From the NCBI GenBank assembly GCA_005223185.1, contig NJBN01000007.1, forward strand, positions 1 to 64,000: DNA of 64,000 nt, in the 5' to 3' direction. Numbering within the stretch: the stretch's first letter is position 1; each line of letters opens with the position of its first letter. The notes beneath the pieces are model-generated. The model saw nothing but the letters and a program-made list of their open reading frames with translations. It did no database searches and was not told the DNA's origin. The stretch is from a candidate division LCP-89 bacterium B3_LCP. GTDB lineage: Bacteria; Electryoneota; B3-LCP. Shown one piece after another: positions 37,643 to 47,734 of this stretch. The position numbers were made by a program, and so were the translations under genes.

Positions 37643-40090
37643 ATGATTTCAACAAGATACATACGTTTTCTGTTCCTTGCTCTCACTTTTACGGTTGGGA
37701 TGATCAGCATAATCGCTGTTTTTGACGGTATGACCTCCAAACCGACCGACGGTCTGATCTGGCGTTTAGGCCTCGACCATGTAATTGTAGAATCGATAGT
37801 TACCGCCGGTCCCGGGGAAAAAGCCGGCTTAAAAGTGGGAGACCAGATATTAGGAATAAACCACGTTCTGGTCAGGAACCCCGGGGAAGCCGCTTCCATC
37901 TTGATGGGACTCCAGATTGGATTCAGAATTCCCTACCTGATTCAGCGCGGTGATGAGATTATCACTTTAGAATTAACGCCGCATCCTTACCGCACGGGTG
38001 ACAACACCCTGCTCTACAGTGCCTTAGTCGGCTTTGTTTTCTTGGGTGTCGGCTTGTACACCTGCCTGAAGCAGCCAAATTCCCCGCCTGCGCGCATATT
38101 CCTGTTGATGAATCTCTGCTTTCTGCTGGTTCTCACCTGTAGTTTCCGAGGCAGCCCTTACTACTGGATCGATCTCTTGGTACAGAATGCAGCAAGTTGG
38201 GGGTTAACATTTTTAGGACCCCTGTTTCTTCATTTCTTTCTATTGTTTCCCAAGCGTAAACCGATTTTAAACCGCTTCAAGGCACTGATTCCAGCGCTGT
38301 ATCTGATCCCCTGGATCAGGCATTTTGCCTATACGCTATCACAATATTTTGGTGGCGGTCTCTGGGAACAGGAACTGTTCGGCGTTCAGATTGAATTATG
38401 GGCAATTTTAGGGATCTATCTGATAGCTGGTTTGTGGGCGTTAATGCACTCCTACTTAAGTACAACCGATCCCTTGGAACGCAGGCAGATCAAGCTTGTT
38501 CTCTGGGGTACCTTCATCGGCTTGTCTCCTTTCATGATATTCTCAGTCTTAGGCGCTGGCATTTTCGAACAGCGCAATCTGTTCTCTATAGGGGTGGTTC
38601 CTCTGGCTGTAATTCCACTTTCGTTTGCTTACTCTATCATTCGTTATAGATTGTTGCGAATACAGGTAATAATCAAACGAAGCATCCTCTATTCTCTGCT
38701 GACGGGCTTATTCATCGGCGTTTATATGGTTATAGTCCACGTTTTGGGTGGCTGGGTGGAACGGGTTACTCCCTTTGGTGGCGGTTTCTTCGGAGTATTA
38801 TTCGTGCTGGTATTCGCCATAAGTTTCGAACCGGTTCGTTCGCGCTTACAACAGGTAATCAACCGCCTCTTCTTTCGCTCGGATTATCACCGTCAGAGTA
38901 CTCTGGATAAATTATCCAGATCATTCCGCAATATCGAGGAAATGGGCAAACTGGCTCGTGCCACACTCCATGCAGTTGATGAGATATTCCAACCGGAAAA
39001 ATCGAGTCTTTCCATCATTACAGACCGCCCTGGCGCCATCGAAGTCAATCAGTTCACACTGCAGAAGGGTAAAACCGACGAGAGGATCTACAAGCTGAAT
39101 GAAGATGAACCCGTAGATTTCGCCGCTGAATTTATCCAGTGCAACGGTAAAAATATAACCACTGATAACATTCATATTGGCGGTGTTCAGGGCGTGCAGT
39201 TAGAGCGTTCACCCGACCATCTGAAGCTCCCCATATTCAGCCATGACAAAATTGTCGGACTCCTGTCTTTAGACGCCAAACGATCCGGCGAGAAGTACGC
39301 AATCAACGAACTTGAAGCACTTGAAGCTTTCTGCGGACAGGCTGGTTTAGCTATAGAGAACATACAGTTACTAAAGTCAATCTTTGAAGCAAACCAAAGG
39401 CTTTTTGAGGCTGAGAAGCTGGTGAGTTTAGGGCAATTGGCGAGCGGCGTAGCGCATGAAATTCGCAACCCTCTCTCTTCCATTAAGCTTAACATTCAGG
39501 GATTGGCGCGCAACATGCGACCTGATCAGATGAATAAACGCAGGTTGGATATTATCCAGCGGGAGATAGATCATCTTGATCATATCGTCCATGACGTGCT
39601 GATCTATGCCCGACCATCCGGCTTGAAAATAGAACCGGTACAACCGGAAGAGGTGATCTACCGAACGGCAGAGTTGTTATCACCTGACTTAAAGGCAGCC
39701 GAGCATAAGATTGTTTTAAATTTCCCGGAGAACTTTCCTAAGGTCGCCGCTGACCGTGAAAAGCTCCACCAAATTTGCAAAAATCTGATTGTGAATGCAG
39801 CAGATGCGATGGGGACAAAGGGGCGGCTGGAAATCACGGGAAGAGTCTTTTCAGGGAAAGTTGATCTGATTTTCAACGATAACGGCCCGGGCATTGCTGA
39901 AGAGGACGTAAGTTCCATATTCAATCCCTTCTTCACTACCAAGGCAGATGGAACTGGCCTGGGTCTTGCGAATGCTCAGAAGTTCATCCAGGAGATGAAT
40001 GGTGAAATTACGGTGAAGTCCACTCTGAAGGAGGGAGCTGAATTCACCATCACGTTGCCTGTTTATCAAGAGAAGAAACTGGAGAAATAG
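37643..40090 (+). CDS. Sensor histidine kinase with periplasmic PDZ domain, polytopic TM region and GAF domain
   Basis: PDZ GEKAGLKVGDQILGIN; multiple TM helices; HisKA VAHEIRNPLSSI; HATPase NLIVNAADAM ... DNGPGI; stop overlaps the start of the response regulator. Confidence 0.85.
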   Translation: MISTRYIRFLFLALTFTVGMISIIAVFDGMTSKPTDGLIWRLGLDHVIVESIVTAGPGEKAGLKVGDQILGINHVLVRNPGEAASILMGLQIGFRIPYLIQRGDEIITLELTPHPYRTGDNTLLYSALVGFVFLGVGLYTCLKQPNSPPARIFLLMNLCFLLVLTCSFRGSPYYWIDLLVQNAASWGLTFLGPLFLHFFLLFPKRKPILNRFKALIPALYLIPWIRHFAYTLSQYFGGGLWEQELFGVQIELWAILGIYLIAGLWALMHSYLSTTDPLERRQIKLVLWGTFIGLSPFMIFSVLGAGIFEQRNLFSIGVVPLAVIPLSFAYSIIRYRLLRIQVIIKRSILYSLLTGLFIGVYMVIVHVLGGWVERVTPFGGGFFGVLFVLVFAISFEPVRSRLQQVINRLFFRSDYHRQSTLDKLSRSFRNIEEMGKLARATLHAVDEIFQPEKSSLSIITDRPGAIEVNQFTLQKGKTDERIYKLNEDEPVDFAAEFIQCNGKNITTDNIHIGGVQGVQLERSPDHLKLPIFSHDKIVGLLSLDAKRSGEKYAINELEALEAFCGQAGLAIENIQLLKSIFEANQRLFEAEKLVSLGQLASGVAHEIRNPLSSIKLNIQGLARNMRPDQMNKRRLDIIQREIDHLDHIVHDVLIYARPSGLKIEPVQPEEVIYRTAELLSPDLKAAEHKIVLNFPENFPKVAADREKLHQICKNLIVNAADAMGTKGRLEITGRVFSGKVDLIFNDNGPGIAEEDVSSIFNPFFTTKADGTGLGLANAQKFIQEMNGEITVKSTLKEGAEFTITLPVYQEKKLEK

Positions 40091-41458
40091 ATGAAGCAGA
40101 TATTAATAGTAGATGACGACGCTTCCAGCCGAGAATCCATTATGCTGAACTTGCACAGGGATGGCTGGCAATTCTCAGAAGCCGCTGACGGGCAGGAAGC
40201 TCTAAATATCGTCAATGCTGAACATCCGGATTTAGTGATCTGTGACATCCGCATGCCCCGCATGGACGGCCTGGAATTCCTGAAACTTGCCAGAAAGCAG
40301 AATCCCGACCTCCAGGTAATCATGATCACTGCTTATGATGATATGCAGACTACGGTTAAAGCCATTCAATCGGGCGCTTATGAATACGTGCGCAAACCGA
40401 TCGATCTGATCGATCTTGAGATCACCATACAGCGAGCGCTCGAGACACAGGATATGAGCAGACGCCTCGATGGATTTGCCAATACGATCGGCAAGGATTT
40501 TCGTATCGACAACATAATCGGTAAATCATCCGGTATGCTGGAAGTCTTCAAAATAATCGGCGCAGTGTCCAAATCTAATGTAACAGTATTAATCAGGGGA
40601 GATTCCGGCACTGGAAAAGAGCTGATCGCTAAAGCCATCCATTATAACAGCCCCTACAGAGATCATCCCTTTATCCCTATCAACTGCACGGCTATCCCGG
40701 AAAACCTGATTGAATCGGAACTTTTCGGACATGAGAAAGGATCATTCACCGGAGCGGTAACACAGAGCAAAGGAAAATTTGAGTTGGCTGGTGAAGGAAC
40801 CATCTTTTTAGATGAAATCGGTGATATGCCCCTGCAGCTACAAACCAAGCTGTTACGAGTTATCCAGGAAAGGACCTTCGAACGTGTCGGCGGCAACCGT
40901 TTACTACGTTCTGAAGCACGAATTATAGCGGCTACACATCAGGATTTGGAGAGACTTCTCGAATTGGAAAATTTCCGGGAAGATCTGTACTACCGCCTCC
41001 GTGTGGTTGAATTAAACGTTCCACCGCTACGAAACCGACGGGAGGATATTCCCCTATTGATTGAATACTTAATTGAGAAGATCAACAGGGATTTGGGCAC
41101 CAACGTGCGCAAAGTATCGCCTAGCTTAATCAACATGCTGACCGGTATGACCTGGAGAGGCAACGTACGGGAACTCGAAAACCGGCTGCGCCGAGCGATC
41201 GTCCTGTGCAGAGGAGAAGTTCTCATACCGGACGATTTTGAAGAAACTGCTGAGACCGCCGCCACACCCTCTGATACTGTATCCCTCATGCCGTTTAGCA
41301 CTCTGGCTGAAGCAGAACGCGATTACATTCTCAAGGTCTTGCAACACAATAACTGGAATAAGAAGAGAACCTGCGAAGTCTTAAGCATAGCCCGCACTAC
41401 CCTCGACAGAAAGATAGAACAATATCAGCTTAAAGCGGAAAACAAATCGGAAGAATGA
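40091..41458 (+). CDS. Sigma-54-dependent response regulator (NtrC family)
   Basis: REC domain (D at DIRMP), AAA+ sigma-54 interaction domain with GSFTGA, C-terminal Fis-type HTH. Confidence 0.9.
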   Translation: MKQILIVDDDASSRESIMLNLHRDGWQFSEAADGQEALNIVNAEHPDLVICDIRMPRMDGLEFLKLARKQNPDLQVIMITAYDDMQTTVKAIQSGAYEYVRKPIDLIDLEITIQRALETQDMSRRLDGFANTIGKDFRIDNIIGKSSGMLEVFKIIGAVSKSNVTVLIRGDSGTGKELIAKAIHYNSPYRDHPFIPINCTAIPENLIESELFGHEKGSFTGAVTQSKGKFELAGEGTIFLDEIGDMPLQLQTKLLRVIQERTFERVGGNRLLRSEARIIAATHQDLERLLELENFREDLYYRLRVVELNVPPLRNRREDIPLLIEYLIEKINRDLGTNVRKVSPSLINMLTGMTWRGNVRELENRLRRAIVLCRGEVLIPDDFEETAETAATPSDTVSLMPFSTLAEAERDYILKVLQHNNWNKKRTCEVLSIARTTLDRKIEQYQLKAENKSEE

Positions 41459-41560
41459 TTGTTGCTAAATGCTACTCATTCTCATAAATCTGTAGCAAAT
41501 TGAACAGGGTGGAAAGAAAATCTCTCTTACATCGAGCTAACCCGAGTGCCCTACAACTAA

Positions 41561-41656
41561 AATGGGGAGACAGGGGATGGCGGACATCCTTGTCTGTCTA
41601 TTAAGCCACCTGTCAGATAGGAATATCTGACCTCCCCGTATGTATCTTGACAGACG
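41561..41656. repeat. G-family tandem palindromic repeat, second locus
   Basis: ggcggacatccttgtctgtc ... ctgtcagataggaatatctgacctcccc; a permuted match to 951..1065. Confidence 0.6.
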
Positions 41657-41750
41657 TTGTAATACCTTTTTCTAATAACTCCTCCATTCTGGCACCTATC
41701 TTGCGATAACATCCCTTGATTATCCCCTAATTTAAGGTAATTCTACTCTT

Positions 41751-43301
41751 ATGAGAGTAAAAGTGATCATTGGTCTGCTGGCGCTGATAGTGATAATCTC
41801 TCTGGCGCTATCATTACAGACCGACCGTAAGGTAACGACCAAATCCGATCAAGCCTATAATTACTTCTTAGCTGGCATCGAGGACGCCAACCGCCTCTAC
41901 AACAACGAGGCGCTGGAGAACTTAGAAGCGGCTGTAATGCTGGATAGCTCTTTCGCTTCCGCCTGGGCTTACCTGAGTAAGTACTATGCGATATTAGGGC
42001 AAAAGGAAGAAGCCTCAATCGCCGCTGATTTAGCCTTCGACTTATCACAAGACCTGCCTGAAAGAGAACGCCTGAATATTCACCTGGTCACCTGTGGATT
42101 GCGCGATGATTGCGACAATTTCGACGAAATCCTGGACTATATGCTAAAGGAATTTCCGGAAGAATTAGACCCTCATCTATATAAAGCTGGCATCTATTGG
42201 AAGGAAAACAAGATTGTTGAGGCGATTGAAGAATACGAGACCGCCTATCAAATCAACCCCAACTATGCTTTAATTTACAATGAGTTGGGTTATCTGCATG
42301 CTACCATTGGGGATCTAAAAAAAGCCATTGAATACATGAAGAAATACGTATTCATTGCACCCGATCAGGCAAATCCTCATGATTCTTTGGGCGACATTCT
42401 CATCAGAGTGGGTCGCTATAGAGAGGCGATCGATCACCTTCGCAGCGCTCTCTCCGTAAAACCGAATTTAGCGGCAGAACCTAACAACTTAGGACACGCT
42501 ATTTATCTGCACCTGGCTACAGCTAATCTACGATTGGGTCGCTTAAAACAAACTGAACAGCATTTAAATCGTGCCATTGAATTAGCTCCGAATGAATGGA
42601 TGAAGAATCAGGTAATAACGGCAACGACAGAACTGTTCAGAACGCAAAGAAAATATGCAGAAGGCATAGAATCATTGAAGCGCGTTCACAGTCCGGAGAA
42701 GTTTTACAAGAACATGGTTCTCGAACATTTGGCCTATCTATATTCGGATATCAACAGGGACGCTGAGATCATGGAATTGATTGACAAACTTGAAAGATAT
42801 CTCTTTGAGATTATCCGGGAAGCTGGTGGGGATTCTATTGAAGTAACGTCTGAGAACTATAAAGAGTATATTAGCATGTCCTGCAAGAGCGAAGGAATCA
42901 ATCGTAGATTGGAGATGCTTCGAGTTTTCCACGATCGTGCCAGTGGAAAACTTATCCAGGCAAAAGAGCAAACTGCTGCCCTTATCGAACATGAAAAGAA
43001 CTTCGAAGCGAAGATGTTCTGGACATTTTTCAAGGCGGGTTTGGAACATGATCTGGGGGATTATCAGGCCGCCTTGCTGACATTGGAACCATTCATAGAA
43101 ACGAATCCCAACGATCCTGACGTTACCATTCTTCAGGCAAAAGTCTTAATGAAAAGCGATCAGTATGACCAGGCGAAGGATCTGCTAAAAGCATTTCTAA
43201 TATCTACTGATGGCGCTGATGAAGATTGGATCCCAGCCCACGAAGCCAGGGAGTTGCTAAAACGTCTAGAAGAGACAACTTTAACACTTACTGATCATTA
43301 G
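41751..43301 (+). CDS. Membrane-anchored TPR-repeat protein
   Basis: N-terminal TM helix; multiple TPR-like helical repeats (AYNYFLAG ... YNELGYLHA ...). Confidence 0.7.
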   Translation: MRVKVIIGLLALIVIISLALSLQTDRKVTTKSDQAYNYFLAGIEDANRLYNNEALENLEAAVMLDSSFASAWAYLSKYYAILGQKEEASIAADLAFDLSQDLPERERLNIHLVTCGLRDDCDNFDEILDYMLKEFPEELDPHLYKAGIYWKENKIVEAIEEYETAYQINPNYALIYNELGYLHATIGDLKKAIEYMKKYVFIAPDQANPHDSLGDILIRVGRYREAIDHLRSALSVKPNLAAEPNNLGHAIYLHLATANLRLGRLKQTEQHLNRAIELAPNEWMKNQVITATTELFRTQRKYAEGIESLKRVHSPEKFYKNMVLEHLAYLYSDINRDAEIMELIDKLERYLFEIIREAGGDSIEVTSENYKEYISMSCKSEGINRRLEMLRVFHDRASGKLIQAKEQTAALIEHEKNFEAKMFWTFFKAGLEHDLGDYQAALLTLEPFIETNPNDPDVTILQAKVLMKSDQYDQAKDLLKAFLISTDGADEDWIPAHEARELLKRLEETTLTLTDH

Positions 43302-43390
43302 TTAATATAGAATTGCGGAGACCGGCCGGTGTAACTGCCGGACAGATGGGGTGGTTGCAGTCTGCCCACGGTCGGTAATTCCGCTTGATC

Positions 43391-43430
43391 ACCCCCGCCC
43401 TGAAGGGCGGGGGTTCTCTGTTATTATACT
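43391..43430 (+). terminator. Rho-independent terminator
   Basis: acccccgccc-tgaa-gggcgggggt followed by a T-rich tract. Confidence 0.75.
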
Positions 43431-43576
43431 TGATTTTGCTCGTATATATTATTACATTAATGCAGTTATTTATAGCAATACGATAAAGTGAGTTCACTAT
43501 TACTACAATAATAGAAAAACCTGACGAGCAGTCGTTCTTAAGTGGACATGCCAACCGCTTTTTCCGCTTTGGCATA

Positions 43577-43945
43577 GTGGGACTAATTGGCGTCCTCGTC
43601 AATCTGGGATTCTATACTCTCCTGCACGACGTTGTCGGTATCTATGATATTATAGCTGGCGCCATCGCTATCGAACTGTCCATTCTCAATAATTTCATTT
43701 TGAACGATCGCTGGACTTTCAGAGATCGCTCGACGGGTGGTCGAAAGCAGTGGTTCAAACGATTCTTAGCTTTCCACCTATCCAGTGGACTGGTAGCCAT
43801 GCTGGCGCAATTGTTGATGCTGTTTGTTTTAACAAGGTTTATGGGCTTCTGGGATAAATTGGCTTACGCAATCGGTATCGGTTTCGGTGCTCTGGCTAAC
43901 TATCTAATCTGTAACCTCTGGATATTTAAAGCATCTAATAAATAA
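43577..43945 (+). CDS. GtrA-family membrane protein
   Basis: GtrA-like four-TM pattern (LNNFILNDRWTF); GTG start directly after an in-frame TAG. Confidence 0.7.
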   Translation: MGLIGVLVNLGFYTLLHDVVGIYDIIAGAIAIELSILNNFILNDRWTFRDRSTGGRKQWFKRFLAFHLSSGLVAMLAQLLMLFVLTRFMGFWDKLAYAIGIGFGALANYLICNLWIFKASNK

Positions 43946-44079
43946 GTCGCCCAACTTCACTTTATTTTTATCCTGAATCGAAAATCCTACAGAAAAAGTT
44001 TCATTATCCTGCAATTTAATGGCAGTATTCTTGCTACCATCTTTATAAATCTGTGAATTAAAACCTCGAGGTAAACAAA

Positions 44080-47000
44080 ATGTGTATCCCCCGTATGACC
44101 TTCCTTCATATCGTTGTAGCAGTTGTTACCTGCAGTTTTCTAACATCAGTTTCAAACGCTCTGGTGCCGATCCCCAAAGAAATGGTTGAGATGCGTATCA
44201 GCGGCAACCCAGCAAACGGTTCCATCATCCATCTGGATTTTGCAGAATACTGGCAATCTGCCGGTGAAATTACCGGTGATGAAGCGCTCAGTTTCTGGGT
44301 GACACTGCCCGACCTGGGTCAACCTTCGGCCAAAGTACGTGTTTTTACTTCTGATGGCATTTTACATACAATTTCAGAGTGCGCCCAAATAGGGGAACCT
44401 GCAATCATTCGGGGAGTCCGCGTTGCCTCTGTGACGATACACCCCGTCATACAGGGAGATTCCGGTTCAGAAGCAGTCGAAGAAATGGATATAATGATAT
44501 CCGCTTCCGGCACCGGAATAAACGAAGTTTATCAGGATAGACGATCACAGGCTTTCGATGGAATAATCAGCTCCTTTGTAGTGAATCCACCAGGTGTAAA
44601 CGCCACGGATGATTTTGAACAGGAACACATGCTGATAATATGCCCGGATTTTGCCCAGGAGATAATCACGCCTTTCGCAGAATGGAAGCGCCGCAAGGGG
44701 CTGGAAGTAACGCTCTCGACATTGACGGAAATTGGCATCACAGCCGACGATTTTGAAGGGATGAAGGATTACATCCAGGAAGCGTACGACACCTGGCTAA
44801 ACCCACCCGATTTCGTCCTGCTTGCGGGCGATGAAACCGTACTCCCAGTCAGAGCGGACTGGACTGACGATCCCCACACGATGTTTTCAACCGCTTCCGT
44901 TCCGGGTACCTACTTAGATGATAACTACTTCGCCTGCGTTGATGGATCGGATTTCTTCCCGGATATTATCTTAGCGCGTTGGCCTTTACCCAATGAAGGC
45001 TATTCCTATGCCTATGTGTCCGCAAAGACTATGCGTTATGAAATGGCTCCAACTTTGGACCAAACAGATTGGTATCAGCACTCTGCGGTTACTGCTCAGG
45101 GCCCACTATATGATCCCACAAACCTGACTCAACGTGAAACTAAACTTTACACTAAGGATCTTATGTTGAACTTCGGATTTGCCGAGGTCGATACGCTCTT
45201 CGATCCTTATTCACCAGACCAACTTGTGCAGTGGGTAAATGACGGTTTGAGTTATGTTAACCACCGCGGCGCAGGTTGGAGTTTCGGTTGGGCTGGGAAT
45301 AATTTCTATATAGATCATGTACTGGAATTACAGAATTCCTTCATGCTTCCCGTTGTGACCGGTATCGGTTGTGGTGTGGGACTCTTCGGTGATCCCGGCA
45401 TCTGCTTCGGAGAAGCCTGGATGTGGGTTGTTGGCACTATGACCAACCATCGCGGTGCTATTGCGTTTATAGGTCCAGGTTGGAACACGCATACCTTTTA
45501 CAATGATTCCCTTGATATTGGACTCTATGAATCGATCTTCGTAGAATCAGAACCACGAATAGGAGCATCCCTAATTGACAGCAAGCTGTTCATGTATGAT
45601 GCCTTCGATGATTACATTCCTCTTGATCCGGACATAGAGGAAATACTGCGAGTGGCATTCAACCAGTATTATCTCTTCTCCGATCCAGAACTGAAACCCT
45701 ACAACAACGTCCCTGCTGGATTGCAGACAGCAGAAACAATTCCCGTAGCACTGGGACAGGGTAGCTTTTCCCTGACTTTTACCATTCAAGACGGCGCTGG
45801 CTTGCCCTTTGAAGGTGCCCAGGTCTGCCTCTACCACCCGGAAGATTTTCAATCTGTTGATCTCACCGATGCCAACGGCGAGGTAGAGCTGGATTGGGAT
45901 ACCAACACTGAATCTTCCTTCGTTTATTTCACGGTTACTGCACACAATCACGCCCCTATAGTTGATAGCATAGCAGTAATAGGTGATCAGGCTTATGTGC
46001 TACACTATGACTTCGAACTTGATGATTCTATGGGTGGAAACGGAGATGGAGGCATATCCCCGGGCGAATCAGCCGACTGGATCGAGACAGTTAGAAACTG
46101 GGGATTGAATGATGCATCAGAAGTTAATGCCATCTTGACCAGCCTGAGTCCGACAGCAATCGTAATACAGAACAGCTCATACTTCGGTGACATTCCTGCA
46201 GAAGCCACCATGATGGGAACTCCGAATTTCGTAATTTCAGTCGATCCGGAAAACTATACAGTTGGGGATTCTCTGGAGTTCCAGATAGACGTCTCCGATG
46301 CATTGGATTCCTGCTGGACCTCTTATGTGGACGTACCCCTGGTAACACCTATATTAAGCTACATTTATGCAGCGCCTGACATTTATACCAATGGACTGAT
46401 AGACCGAGGTGAAACTTGCGAAATGTTCATCGGTGTTTATAACAACGGTTTCGTTGACATAGATGATGCCGTCCTAGAACTTCACACTGATGATCCTTAC
46501 ATCGAAATAATAGACGGCACGATTGACATAGGTCCTTTTAATGCGGGTTCAATGTACCTGAGCTACTATGCTTCTCCGCAGGATTCCTTCATAGTGAGTG
46601 CCAGCTTGTACGCGCCTATGTACTATGAGGCTGAATTCTGGATGAAGATCAGTTCAGAACAGGCAACCTACTTCTATGAAGATTCGGTTTCCTTTGTTCT
46701 TCCCATAGGGCAAATCTTTGAAGGCGACCCCACATTCGATTCCCTGGAAACCTACTTCGGTTATGAATCGCTGGATACCTTATACGAAGAATGCCCAACC
46801 TACGAATGGTTCGAGATCGATCCTGATTCGGGTGGTCCGGGATATGTCCTCCCATTCTCCTATGAAACACAAACATTGAAGATCGAACTTCCCTTCACGT
46901 TCACGTATTGGGGTGAAGATTTCGATAGCTTGACTGTGAGCGCCGACGGTTGGATCATGCCGGGGGTAACATCTGCAGTCGCACCTGATTACCAGCACTT

Positions 47001-47718
47001 TCCCTATGAGGATGAAATTACAGGAATAATCGCTCCTATGTGGCTTGATTTATGGAATCCCACATCAGAAACCGGGAAGATATGCAGTTATTACGATGAT
47101 GTTAATGGAAAGCTCTACATAGAATATAACGGTGTCTCAAATGACTTCTCGCCCATCTTCAAGGAAACGTTCCAGATTGTACTCTTCGACCCAACAGAAC
47201 AACCAACCCTGACCGGCGATAGTGAATTCATGTTCTACTATCGAAGTCTATCCATCTTTGGCCTTCAGTACTGTTCTGTTGGTCTAGAGAGTCCAGATCA
47301 AAACATTGGCATCGAGTACTCATATGGTATGACTTTCGCATTCACAGTAAATGGGATTGAAGACAGCTTAGCCATCAAGTGGACCACCGATCCACCACCC
47401 AGTTTCCTGTACGTACCACCGCTACCTGATCCCGGAACGGTGATGCAGATACCTGATGAGTTCACCTTCGCAGAGCCTTACCCCAATCCGTTCAATCCAA
47501 CAACAATGCTGAGGTTCGCTATTCCGGTTGCAGGAAAGGTGGAACTGGAGATATTCAACGTCAGGGGACAGCGCGTAGCAGAACTTTACAGCGGTAAAGT
47601 AAACGCTGGCTGGCACCGCTTCGAATTTGACGGATCAAACCTGGGATCCGGAATCTACTTCGCCCGTTTAATTTATCAGGATCAACCCACGGTGCATAAA
47701 TTACTCCTGGTCAAGTAA
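44080..47718 (+). CDS. Peptidase C25 (gingipain-like) family protein with T9SS C-terminal sorting domain
   Basis: C25 catalytic-domain pattern (DFVLLAGDETVLP ... YVNHRGAGWSFGW ... TGIGCGVGLF); C-terminus PYPNPFNPTTMLRF ... KLLLVK; 1212 aa. Confidence 0.75.
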   Translation: MCIPRMTFLHIVVAVVTCSFLTSVSNALVPIPKEMVEMRISGNPANGSIIHLDFAEYWQSAGEITGDEALSFWVTLPDLGQPSAKVRVFTSDGILHTISECAQIGEPAIIRGVRVASVTIHPVIQGDSGSEAVEEMDIMISASGTGINEVYQDRRSQAFDGIISSFVVNPPGVNATDDFEQEHMLIICPDFAQEIITPFAEWKRRKGLEVTLSTLTEIGITADDFEGMKDYIQEAYDTWLNPPDFVLLAGDETVLPVRADWTDDPHTMFSTASVPGTYLDDNYFACVDGSDFFPDIILARWPLPNEGYSYAYVSAKTMRYEMAPTLDQTDWYQHSAVTAQGPLYDPTNLTQRETKLYTKDLMLNFGFAEVDTLFDPYSPDQLVQWVNDGLSYVNHRGAGWSFGWAGNNFYIDHVLELQNSFMLPVVTGIGCGVGLFGDPGICFGEAWMWVVGTMTNHRGAIAFIGPGWNTHTFYNDSLDIGLYESIFVESEPRIGASLIDSKLFMYDAFDDYIPLDPDIEEILRVAFNQYYLFSDPELKPYNNVPAGLQTAETIPVALGQGSFSLTFTIQDGAGLPFEGAQVCLYHPEDFQSVDLTDANGEVELDWDTNTESSFVYFTVTAHNHAPIVDSIAVIGDQAYVLHYDFELDDSMGGNGDGGISPGESADWIETVRNWGLNDASEVNAILTSLSPTAIVIQNSSYFGDIPAEATMMGTPNFVISVDPENYTVGDSLEFQIDVSDALDSCWTSYVDVPLVTPILSYIYAAPDIYTNGLIDRGETCEMFIGVYNNGFVDIDDAVLELHTDDPYIEIIDGTIDIGPFNAGSMYLSYYASPQDSFIVSASLYAPMYYEAEFWMKISSEQATYFYEDSVSFVLPIGQIFEGDPTFDSLETYFGYESLDTLYEECPTYEWFEIDPDSGGPGYVLPFSYETQTLKIELPFTFTYWGEDFDSLTVSADGWIMPGVTSAVAPDYQHFPYEDEITGIIAPMWLDLWNPTSETGKICSYYDDVNGKLYIEYNGVSNDFSPIFKETFQIVLFDPTEQPTLTGDSEFMFYYRSLSIFGLQYCSVGLESPDQNIGIEYSYGMTFAFTVNGIEDSLAIKWTTDPPPSFLYVPPLPDPGTVMQIPDEFTFAEPYPNPFNPTTMLRFAIPVAGKVELEIFNVRGQRVAELYSGKVNAGWHRFEFDGSNLGSGIYFARLIYQDQPTVHKLLLVK

Positions 47719-47734
47719 ACGAAACGAAGGGATT

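Noticed and set aside
43325-43390. Possible tRNA-like cloverleaf in the structured segment upstream of the terminator.
   Set aside because: The acceptor pairing is imperfect, there is no D-loop GG or T-loop TTCGA signature, and it cannot be folded into a canonical cloverleaf.
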